In this document: positions 25,564 to 37,600 of the stretch, piece after piece
Layout: every line of letters starts with the position of its first letter
Numbering within the stretch: position 1 is the first letter of the stretch
The notes under the pieces: model-generated
Database searches by the model: none
What the model was told of the DNA's origin: nothing
What the model saw: only the letters and a program-made list of their open reading frames with translations
Program-made: the position numbers and the translations under genes
Source of the DNA: Strigamia acuminata
Lineage: Eukaryota
NCBI GenBank assembly: GCA_949358305.1
Contig: OX442314.1
Span: 19,406,001-19,470,000, forward strand
Direction of reading: 5' to 3'
Length of the DNA stretch: 64,000 bases

Positions 25564-28500
25564 ATGGCAAAAGCACAGGATGCTAGTGGCGGTTTCGCGA
25601 AAAAATGTTTCAATTTCATGCGCCAATTCAGAGAGGAGGATAGTCGAGAACTCAAGAAATTGACAGCGAATCAATTCATGGAAGTATGGAGCCACTATGA
25701 CAGCGACGGTAAGTCAAAATATTATGATATTTAAGGCTGAGCTTGATTTCGCGTTTCTTCAAGGTAATGGCTTCATCGAGGGTAAGGAGCTGGATAGCTT
25801 CCTCCGAGAATTTGTATCCAGTGTAAACTCGAGCGATCTTGGACCAGAGGCAAGAGATTAATGCAAATCATTTAAATGTTAAAATACTAAACATTCAGTT
25901 TAATACACCAATTTTTAAAAATAATAAATACGCATCCATCGCATGAAATTAAAGTTGATTTTAAAGATGAAAATCTTCAAATCTAAAAATCTCCTATTCA
26001 ATTCGCTGCTCCTCGCGTTTCAGAGTTCAACTTCAGCTTTAACAAAACAGAAACAAACGCCAAAAATCAATAAACAACTAATAAGTAATGAGCAAAATGT
26101 GAGGGAATAGCTGTTGAATAGCTCGTAATCGTATATAACAACCAATAAGTAATACACGCTTGATTTATACTAAGTGAATGTAAATACCATCCCAACCATT
26201 CCTAAATTAACTGTAAGTAAATCAGTGTGTCAGCTGAGAGAAACTAATTATAGCATTTGAAATAGGCTCCCAATTGATATAAACCAACAATCAAAAACAA
26301 GCTCCATCTAATTTCAAACTAACAATATATAGAAACAAAAAAGAAGGAAGTATTCTGTATGCATAAAACAGTTGACTTTTCACATTTCCATGATCCTAAA
26401 CGTATTACCAATTTGAAATCGAAAATGATACTTCAAAATCAATACTTTTTTTGCTCGTCTTTGGAATTGCTCCAACTATTGACCAAAATGAATATTTGCA
26501 TACCGTAATAGCCATGTCAAAAATGAATTTAGGAAGACCCGTTTTTATAATTGCTATCCATTAACTGGAAGAAAAAAATTGCTCTACCTTACCAAAAATA
26601 TGTTTTCGACTGGAAATGTGAAACGAACCAAGAATAATCAATACAAATGCATCTCCTATTGCAGATTGCTTTGTCAGATGTAATTCCCTAGACGGAAACG
26701 TGATCAATATTATTGATATCAATTTTTTCTCTGTATCTTTCAATTCGCGATCCAATAATTACATTGAAACATTATTTTTGTACAAAATTTGATACTGTAG
26801 TTCAGTTGTTGCAGGCTGCTTCGTTCCCAATCAATGGAGTAATGGTTCTTCGTTCATGTGCGCTATTTTTTCCTTCGTTAAGTGACGTTGTCGTTTTGAA
26901 AAAAGCATCACATTGGTTTTCTCGAATTAAAAATATCTAATCTAATCTATTCATCATGATGTAATATTACTTGCTCTGCTAAGTGACACAAATGTATTAG
27001 TTTTAGTTTCAAGTAATTGAATGTCAAGCGCAGTGACAAGTGAGCATTAATGCTGGTTTCAATTTAAGTACATGACAAATCAGTTGTCGGCTCTATTTAT
27101 TATTTACTTCACGTGAACCTTATTGTTACATCAAATCCAGAACCAAAAACTTTGAATCAAAGTCCAAAGAAAATCTGAATCTGAAACTAAAACAAGACTA
27201 ATTTGAGAAAATTCAATGGACGAAATCCCGCCTCTTTTTCTGATTGGAAAAAAACGAAACGGCTTGTGGCTCCTCTAATTCTGAAAATGAAGTTAACTTG
27301 CATTGAAGAATATAAGTAAACAAAACTGTGGGTCAGCAAACTGTACAGAATTGAAATCAATCGATTCTTTTCAAGTGTTCTGACACAAAAATTGATTTGA
27401 AATGAAGAATATTTGCGAAACATTTCGTATGGTTCACAAAACCCATACAAACAGATGGAACTTATTGGTATTGCTAACGCATGATCCACTTTAAAGCTGT
27501 TGTGTAAACACATAAATTTTATATTCCGCTCAAACAAAACAAAGACACAAATCAATACGATAACGTCTTTTTATATTTCTTTTGACATTATAAACAAAGG
27601 GGAATAATATACAAGTATCACCTTACTTTTTAGTTTTTTATGGGCACCATTATTTTTAAATAGCATTTTAATAGAAACTTAACTCTTTTCTATTAAAAAA
27701 TATTGTCATCATTTACTATTTACAAATACTTAACCAATTCAAATTTGTAGCTAGTTATAAAACAAATATTTTGCAGGCGGTGTCAGATGCCATGTTAGCA
27801 GAGTTAAAAAAAAGCTTTATGGAAGCGTATGATGATAACCGAGACGGAAAAATTGAGATTAGAGAAGTATGCAATGTCGCACAAAAAGCATGAGCTAACG
27901 TGTAATTCATATGCACAATTCTGTATGTTGCAGTTGGCACAGTTACTACCTATGGAGGAGAATTTTTTATTGCTTTTTAGGTTTGATAACCCTCTAGATT
28001 CCAGTGTAGAGTTCATGAAGGTAAATCATTAAAAATCTCATGCCACAATGATTACTGGATTATTTATTGAAATACACAAAAAATATTAAAAATTTAGGAT
28101 AAAAGTGCTTGAAATTAAACCTCTCAGTCTTATTCACATAAAAAATTAATTATTATGGCGAATTAAATATGTAAAAACTTCATTCGAGTAGTTTTCAATT
28201 CCAAAATTTTTCCAATATATTCAAAACCTCATCAATCAAACAAAGCATTTCCTCGTATGCCCATGCAGGCAAGCTAAAAGCAGTAGAATCAATATTGCTA
28301 CCTTCAGTCACAATAAAATAAAGTTTTCATTTATTGACATTCAGTAAATGAAGATATATTCTTCTTCTTGAAACACTATCTTGGAAAATCGTTTGTTCCA
28401 AGCTGAAAACTGTCACTGAAGATATATCCACTATTTGCTACTTTTCTTAGGCCTTTATTTATGTCCAAGAGAAAAAGGCTTACTCCGAATGCGCCGTCTG

Positions 28501-30803
28501 TTTCCGGCTGGGCTGGCCTGTCCAATAATCCGATTAAATTCGTACAAGTAAAAGTAACACTGCATTGATTGGCACACCCTTTCGAGGCCACGTTACTTCA
28601 ATCTGTGACTTCAATCTGTGAGAAGACTGCCCAAACGTCCGCATTGGGATCGTTTTCAGTGGTATTCGAACTACGACAAATTCCATCAACAAACTGACAA
28701 CCAGGGTGACCACAAATATGGGTTTAAAACACTAGTCCTGCTGTCCCAAAAGGTCAAATAATATAAAGCTTCTCTCAAAACATCGCTAAGTTGTGATAAT
28801 TCCATCAAACTTGGCACGAGAGGTTTTTATAAAATTTTAAATATTGCAACAAAATTTTTCATCGTGCCACCTTAGGGGCAACTTATTTGTGCGTTTGCCA
28901 GTTTCAGACTGATTTTTCCTCTTGTCTGCACTTAAACAATAATGCCATTAATCGCCCTGATGCTCCCCACTGAGGCGGCCAAATTTCATGCATTTTTCAT
29001 CAAGACTTGTCTCAAAGAGTGTGCTGTTATTTCAATAATTATAAACTCAAAACAATTGGATTACTACCCATTAATTTTTCAGATATGGAGAGTGTACGAT
29101 AGAGATACTAGTGGCTATATTGAAGCGGATGAACTGAAGGTGAACGAGTTGGAAACCCGAGTAAAAAAAATTTACGATATATTTTTAATTTCCGTAACAG
29201 AATTTCCTGACTGACTTACTGAAAGAGGCTAATAAAGAAACGGAAGTGTCTGAAGATAAGCTAATCGAATATACAGACAGCTTGGTATGAAGATTCCCTT
29301 TAATTTTCACTAAATTTTGGCTCAAATATCAATTAACAAACATTAATTACAGCTAACGATTTTTGACTCGAACAAAGATGGAAAACTACAATTAAGCGAG
29401 ATGGCAAAGTAATATAGATTTATTTCTACTAAATTAAAAATTAAAAATTAAAACACTTTGTTTTATCAGATTATTGCCAGTAAAAGAGAACTTTTTATGC
29501 AGATCCATATTTAAGGTTAGGTGTGATGCGAAGCATGTGTGTTTGGCACTAGTGATAGAGTTGGGCAAACTATCTATTTAAAGAGATAAACACTCCTCTA
29601 GTGCAAGCAAATAGACAAACAATCTTGTAGAATGTTTGCGAATTCTTTGTGCACCAGAAATATTAAACAAGGACAGCAAATTTGTGAATTTCTAATGGGA
29701 ATTAAATTTGAATGAGTTTGAGGCTTTAAATGGGGCGCCAAATTCATTTCTGTCTACGACACTCAACCGGCAAGCTCCAATTCTTAATCTTAACCGTGCC
29801 AAGCATATCATTCGTAATAAAAATAAAATTACCTTACCTTGCCTTATTGAATTCCCCCTTGTGATCTAAAGATGTTATAAATTTGTCTGTAGGGGGCCAG
29901 CAAATTAACCAAGAATGACATTGAACGAGTCTTTGCTCTTTATGACCGCGTAAATTACACCTAAAATTACAAAAAAAGAAAGCATAAATTCAATTTATTC
30001 TCTTGTATTTCAATGATAAGGACAAAAATGGAACTATTGAAAACGAAGAATTAACTGGCTTCCTCAAAGATTTGTTGGAATTAGTTAAAAAGGTAATTAA
30101 AACACTCAAGAACGAGCTAATAGAGAGTTTGCGGGATGCATTTTTCCCTTATTTTGTGCCACTTTACACTATTTTAGTGCCATATCGTAAGGGAAAAATC
30201 TTTAGTGTATCGTTTTCAACACTAAATTAAAATATAGCGCAGCCAATCAGAATTGAGAACACTATATTGTTAGCTCCGTCCATTTCAAATGGCGATTATT
30301 TTGTTGTCCCCGATCAAACACATCACAGTCATAGGTACATAGATTGAATGATAAGTGAGGCCCAAAATTGAATTTTAGGCCCAAAACCATACTTTATAGG
30401 CATAATAATGGAATTTTATGCAGACATTTGCACATTTACGCCCCCAAATTGAATGTTTAGTCCCAAAATTACTAACTGTCAGTTATAGTTGGCTGAAATA
30501 GTGTAGTGATAACGGAAAAGTGCAGTCTGCAAAAACTTAATTTATCATTTTTCCCTTACGCTATTTTTATAGCGTATAGTCTTTAACTGTAAGGGAAAAA
30601 TGCATCTCGCAAACTCTCTAATATAGTTCTAATTATTAACATTGTCGATATTCATTACGTTAAAGGACTACGATGCGGACGATTTGGCCGATTTTCACGA
30701 CACCATTATGCGAGGATGTGACACAGATCATGATGGAAAAATTAACAAAGCTGAACTTACTATCATTTTATTGGCACTTGGACAACAAGGTCCTGGGGAT
30801 TAA
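25564..30803 (+). CDS. Cbp53E: Calbindin-32 (Cbp53E-like hexa-EF-hand protein), copy 1
   Basis: [79 protein letters not shown] and [21 protein letters not shown]; stop 30801-30803. Confidence 0.93.
30122..30619. mobile_element. PIF/Harbinger-like MITE in the last calbindin intron
   Basis: TIR AGAGAGTTTGCG(G/A)GATGCATTTTTCCCTTA at both ends; 3-bp direct repeat AAT on both flanks. Confidence 0.8.
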
Positions 30804-31332
30804 GATTAATCCATTCTTACGCTGTGACACTGTGTGCATTTATAATTGTGCTGTTTATATATTATCATTTTTGTGTTTTCTTAATTTTTGTAATCAAAAG
30901 CACACATAATTATGGTAGAAAACATTATTACCATCCTTTAATGATAACATTTTTTTTATATTTATCCTTATCCTCCTTACATATATATCCTAATATATCA
31001 ATACACAATTTATGATGGCTACATATTAACCCACATTCCTCATTATTATCATTCGTAATGTGACGTAATATATCAACAAACTATCTCAAATAACTCCTTG
31101 TCTCTTCAACACTTCAAAAATAAAAACATGAAAGGTTTTGTTGTTTGAATTCGAATATGATTGCCGCGCAATTTTGTATATCATGTGTCAGAGTGTATAA
31201 AAATATAAAATACTATTTCTATTCCACTATTCCACAAAATATTACCTATTAATATCTATAAATGTAGCAAGTAATAAATAACGATTTTTTGGATATTTTT
31301 TTGTGATTTATTTACACTTTCTAAAAGTTCCA

Positions 31333-31459
31333 TTGCCTGGAGAACTGTGCTGGTTGTTTAGGACAAGTGCCATTTTCCTGAAGGGTGAGAACTCGTCAGG
31401 TATTTCCTGATCCTCTCTGTAAGGGGCGAGCACGCAACAGTACAGGTAGTTCCAGGTGA
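31333..31459 (+). ncRNA. Putative structured cis-regulatory RNA element in the 5' leader of the CALML4-like gene
   Basis: Pairings: 31333-31342/31450-31459, 31345-31357/31434-31445, GUGC/GCAC, hairpin CCUGAAGGGU-GAGA-ACUCGUCAGG, hairpin CCUCU-CUGUA-AGGGG, and a possible pseudoknot UUAGGA/UCCUGA. It is a GC island in AT-rich flanks. Confidence 0.6.
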
Positions 31460-31469
31460 AATCACTTTT

Positions 31470-33759
31470 ATGATGGTAAATTGTGGAAAGTTTTTTTCAT
31501 TTATTTAAAAATTATAAAACTAATGTGTTTCACACCAATATAACTTTGCAGGCACTTTACTTCAAGGAACAGGATATTGATGGTGAGTTGAGAAATAAGA
31601 TAATACAAAACAAACAACAAAACAAATGAAAATAGGGCACGCTTGATAGAGTTCAGTCTCCATTTTATAATGTGGCCGTGTTAGCCTATATTTGTTTTTT
31701 AAATTATTTTCTTATATTAATTTGTACTTTTTAAAATTATTATTATTATTTTTTTTATATAGAATTTCGAGAATGTTTTTACCTCTACGCAAGAAACGGA
31801 CAAATTCGTACTTTGGAGGAGTTGAAAATAATTTTACGTTCACTTGATTTAAGCCCAACGACAACTGAGTTGAATAAGTATTTTAAAGATAAAAGTAGGT
31901 ATTTTTTTTTAATTTGGATAGTTTTGACTTCTATCTACAGTTTGTGCCCGGTATCTTGAAGCCAATTCTACTGTGCATCCAATTCTGCGCAGATGATTTC
32001 CTAATTCCAGTCGTTATTTAGCAGTATTAAGCCTAATAATGCTAAAATAAAGTACATAAACAACTCATTGACAAGGCGACAATCGTCACGTTAAATGTGA
32101 TACGTAGTTTGAAGTTGGCATCAAGGAACCAGGTCCAAACTAGTTCTCCAGTAATGTATTACTATTCTCATTTTAAGATGGAAAATTATCGTTTGCTGAT
32201 TTTTTGGACATTATGCACAAACACACAAGAGTTGAGAATATACCAAAAGAAATTTTAGACGCTTTCCGAGCGTATGATGTGTCTGGAAGAGGAATCATTT
32301 CAGCACGCGAACTAAAACGTATTCTTTCTACGTGGGGAGAGAAAATGACACCAAGAGAAGGTAAATATTCTACATTTTTAAGCATGCATTTAAGCAGTGG
32401 CATTGACCCATGAGAAAATGCTAAGAAATACGGATTATTTGATAAAATTTGACAAGACTGAGAATTTTTTTTTTATAAATAATGTCACAATTCTATTTGG
32501 AAATGTCACATTTCAAATTTTTATTGGATAACCTTATGCTACATAATACAAGTTCAACTCGTATTAAAAGTCATTTTTATCTAGTTTATCCGATTTAAAC
32601 ACCAGTCTAAATGCATATTGTAGGCGGCCATTTAAACGACTTAAGTTATTTTCAGGCTGTTTAACTGCAGTAAATTTAGAAATAGGATTGCCTCTATAGT
32701 GTGTCTTCAGTTCATCGCAGATCATTTCGTTGCTGACCATTTTTCGAAGCTTGGTGCATCACACCTTTAATAAAACGGTTAAGGTTTGGTTCGGGGAGGG
32801 GGGTGCTAGGAGAAAAACAACCTCAGCTTGTGGTCGAAACCGAGTCAACAAAACCCTGCGACAAAATGATCAGCAACGAAATGAAACGACTTCACACCTA
32901 CAGTAGATTAAATGATCTATTCGGCCAAAAATAAAAAAATATTGTAAATAGTGTGTTAAACCAAACTTAAATGAGAAATTTAACATTATTTATTGATTTT
33001 TTTTAAAAGAAAAAAACATTTCAAGTGTATAATTGGTTCATGTGTGTTTTCTAGTGTTAAAGCGTCAGTTTTACAGGTACTAAAATGTAAATTTACACGT
33101 GTTGAAACATATTTACAGGTGTGAAACATGTTTGAAACATGTTTCCAAGAGTATTTTTAATAGTTAAAGATGTTTGTAAATTTAAGCGGGTTTTCAAATG
33201 TTAAAATTTGTTTTCTAGTGCTAAAGATAATTTACAAGTACCAGTAGTAAAACGTGTTTTCAAGTGTTAAAATATGTATACAATACAAGTGCTAAGTTTT
33301 TGCTTTTCTGTCGTTTTTTCAATACCGAATATTCTGCCGTGATATTCGGCACAAAATATTCAGTATTCGGACATTTACCTTTTTTTGTTATTCGGTGTAA
33401 CCCTATAATTATAAACGCTGAAAAAAGCGTGGTTAAAATTTCATTTAAACTTATCTAAATTTGGTGCACAATGCCCAATCCGAGCCAGCCCTCACAAGTC
33501 AGTTAAAGCTGACCACAGCAAATGACACCATTTTATTTAGTTTAAATGACTTTTTGAATGCAGCTACTGATGTTTATTTATAAATATACAATAAATTTAT
33601 TTGTTGACCACCACTAGCTACTTACGGATACTTAATTACCTTTTGCCTTTCTTTTTAGTTGACCAAATATTTCGCGAAGCAAATATAAGTCCTCACGGCT
33701 CGATTCGTTTCGAAGATTTTGTTCGCATAGTAGCAGCACCAATTCCGGATTACTACTAA
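31470..33759 (+). CDS. CALML4: Calmodulin-like protein 4 orthologue, 5 coding exons
   Basis: MM|ALYFKEQDID|EFRECFYLYARNGQIRTLEEL...|GKLSFADFLDIMHKH...AFRAYD...WGEKMTPRE|VDQIFREANI...FVRIVAAPIPDYY*. Confidence 0.9.
31938..32142. mobile_element. Degenerate MITE in CALML4 intron
   Basis: Imperfect ~30-bp inverted ends CAGTTTGTGCCCGGTATCTTGAAGCCAA / TTGGCATCAAGGAACCAGGTCCAAACTA. Confidence 0.5.
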
Positions 33760-34673
33760 AGAAGAATTATTATAACAAAAATTAATTTATCTAGTTTAAA
33801 GAAATTTACCAGAATCACTACACGATATTATTATTTGTAAACATTTTTACGAAATACTATCAGGCTCGTTCAATTAGAATAATTTATGTTCTGCACTAAG
33901 TATACTTAAAAATTTCACATTTTATAAATGTAATATATTTATTAATAAATTCTAATTAACTAATATAGTAATGTTTAGTGACTAAAAATAAAGAAAGTAT
34001 CAATAACTTACGAGTCAAGATACGCCTTCTTGGAAAATCAAACAAACTGTGTGACTTAACTAGCGTCATAAACCGCCATGTTTGCTTGTTTTTTTTCTGT
34101 AATACAGTTAGGCAAGAGTTTAAAAAAGACAAGACAAATAATTAAACTTTTGTTGTGAATAATTATCACCAGATGTCACACTCTCTTTGAAGGGCGCGAA
34201 CAATTCCTTTCACAAATGTTTGAGGAAATTCTTTAATCTCGATTACCTTAACAAGAAGCCCTGATATTCAACAATCGCGTGATTTAACATTCATTCTTAT
34301 GGATCGCAAAATAAAGTCAGAATTAAATTCTCTCAAAATTATACCGAAAATTTATCAATGTAATGAACTGGGTTAGCACAGCGCATTTTTCTTTTTTTAA
34401 ATTCTAGCCTCAAAGCATGCATAAGCAATTTACAAATAGGTCAATCCTCATTCCTGGAACGTAAGTAATGACGAGGATTACGTATTTCTGTGACTGGTGT
34501 TTATTTGCTCCAAACGTTTAGTCGCCGGATGCAGTAGGGGGAAAAAACCGAGTGAATGAGTTGGAATTCGACAGAGAATTTAAGGACGCGTCTAGATGAC
34601 AACAAGCTTGAAAAAACAATCATTAAAATAGCCCGTTATTCAACCCGTTCTTAAATAGCTAGTGTGTGACAAC

Positions 34674-37600
34674 ATGTCTGATTTAAACAATAGTAAATCA
34701 CACAAAGGTAAGAAACCTCAAACATAAGATTGTCTTCTTAATTGCACAAGTCATTAAGTAATGACACGCATAATATTCACGCTTGTGCAAATCGTTTCCA
34801 CGTGTATGCATTGTTTTTCGATCGTGTTCGTGAATAGTATTTCAGTCTCTATTTCTTCTATTACAAACCATGTCGGATATGCAGGCAAAATTGAGGATGT
34901 GAATAATTTTTTTAAATTTATTTTTTGGTAGATGATTTTCTTTTTGTTCTTTTCAAAAAAAAAAAAAACAACTTGTTATTCATAGTTTGTAGCAATATTT
35001 GAAGGAGAATGAATTCATTCGATTTATTTGAGTGTATTGGTTAGAAAATAGCCTGTTTTCCCCTAATAAGTGACATCACTTTATGAATGGCCTCTTGTGT
35101 TGCATTCACTTCGGAATGGGTGGGGAAGAGATGTAGCTAGGCAACCAACATGCGCACAAACACGAGGTGCCAAACTTAGGTCTCAATAGACATTGGTGCG
35201 CGTGCGAGAAGCCAATGTTTGTCACGTGACGATCATCAGTAAATTTTTCTTGTGTTAGGTTTAATAATTCTGCGAAAAGATTTATATCCAAAGACAAGGA
35301 AATACAATTTTATCGTTTGTTTCTTTTCTCCGTTTCCTTTCATCCTTTATTAAAGTGCAGGAAAAATTTATTTTTTATTATTTGAAAATAATAAAATCAA
35401 ATTAAAATTTATTTTTTTACTTAGTCAATACTCTGCACACACAAATTAAAATTGGCGTGCAATTATGTTGTCTTGGAAACAACAATGCTAAAGTGTGTCA
35501 GAGTCAAGGTCTTCGTCGTAAATATTCCGGTCCCATTTAATAATAAAATTGACTAAAGCACTTTGTAGTTATTGAAAACGGATTAATTTGATTGACAATT
35601 TAGTTCTTCAAACAAATGATTAAAAACACTCCACATTAAATATTAAAAAGATAATTGAAAACATTTTTTTTTCTAATTTAATCTACATGCAGCGCGTATT
35701 ATTACATAACTTCACATAACAATGGCATTTGAAGGTAGGATTTAGCATTTTTTTACTATATTTTTTTTTCAAAAAAGCATAAAATAATTTTTAACATTTT
35801 TTTATAATGATTTTAATTGGAAAAATCGCCTCCACACATTACATCACAATCACAATTGATTGATGCAATTTGATGCAATTTGGCTTCGATTCTGCCTTTA
35901 ATATTTGAATAAATTCTTTAAATTAAAGGAGCATAAAGTGGCGGTTGAATTCAGCCAAAGATCATTCATGTCAATTAAGAAGAATGAAAATTGTTCACAT
36001 TTATTCGTTAAGTCATTGTGTGAATTCAGGGTTCATGTGCAAACAGAGCCCAATCTTTAAAAAAAAAGTCATATTGCAGCATTTTGTGCGCATCAGTTTT
36101 CACTCTGTGCAGTTTTGTTTTGTTGTGGTGATAAAATGGCAAAAAAGACCACCGAGGACAAAAAACGTAAGTGTATGTTATTGATTTTTGACCACATGGA
36201 CAAAAAATGATGTATTCTCATTTGAAATATTATTTAAAAAAAAAAAAAAAATCCCAACAATCAACATGATCCCTAAATGACAACAAGAAAGGTGTATGAT
36301 TATTGTGGGTCAAAATTAACTCATTAAGAGATAAGATAAGACGTTTTTTTTTCTACTCTATTGCAGTTCATTAGTAAGTGATTGCATTATGTAGTGAAAG
36401 TTATTTGTGTTTTATAAGAAGGTTAAATTTTTTCTTTGACTTATTATTGGACAAACAGCGGAAATAATAATGCGCGGGGAAGTGGATCTTGGTAAGCAAT
36501 TAAATTTTTAACGGCAAATTGAGCAGCATCCTGGAATTGAATATTTTCATTACGTAACCATGTTATCTCATCGGTTTGAAAATTTAAATTGACTTCCAAG
36601 CTTATAATTTTCAGTTAGGAGTGTATTGTGTGGATGTTTTAATTATATGCCGCTTTCACATGCTTTTATATTCCAAACGTGTTATTCCGAAGTTACTTTT
36701 TGCAAATTCATTTGTAATTAGTGTTTACGAATAAAATATTTTTTCGAAAAATTATTTCTTTTCCAGGCAAACTTTATAGAAAGATTATACCAAGTAAAGA
36801 TGAGATTGCATTAGATAATAATGTTAAAGAGAAAGAAACTGACGACAAAACGCAAGAGGAAGAAACGGACGATGAAGCCAAGTGAGTTATAAAATTCGTT
36901 TTACTACCAATTTTGTGAATAACAATGAAACGTATTGTAATTTTAGGAAAAAGTCGAATGATCCGCCTCCAATAGCATTCCATAAACTGGTAAATTATTT
37001 ATTTAAGGCTCAGCTCAATTTTTGACCTGTTTTTAATTGCAGTTCCAATTTGCTACTGGATCTGAAAATCTCATGATAGTTTTTGGATGCTTAATGGCAA
37101 TAGTGTCGGGTCTTGGAATGCCAGTTCTTGTTATACTCTTTGGTAGGGTGACAAATGCATTCGTTTATAATGCAATGGAATTAGCGTTTAAAAACCAGAA
37201 TATCACCGCGATTAGTGCAAATATAAACTCACCATTAATTCTCAATAATTCCTCATTTAATAATTCTCTCGAGAATTTAACTCTGCCCGATGCATCACCA
37301 TCTCCGTAAGATTGTTGAATTCCAAAGAAATACGAGTAAATATTAATAAATCTATTTTCTTAAGATACACAGTGCATCTACCTCCGGGATATACACTGAA
37401 TTTTTTGGAAGAAGTTCAGAACTTTGGTGTCTACACATGCATTTTAGGCTTAGTGCAGTTAATAGCGAGTTATTTTATGGTTGTGTGTTTGAATACTGCT
37501 GCGGACAAGCAGATATTTCGTATTAGGGTGTTGTTTTTAAAATCCGTTTTACGTCAAGATATTGCCTGGTACGATGAGCAACCGATGGGAGAATTTTCAA

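Noticed and set aside
31325..31410. Coding exon, SECIS, hammerhead or RNase P/MRP interpretation of the structured element
   Set aside because: The reading frame has no ATG and stops at 31408-31410. The element is 5' of a CDS, and I could not place the SECIS quartet, the hammerhead CUGAnGA/GAAA core or the RNase P/MRP P4 motifs.
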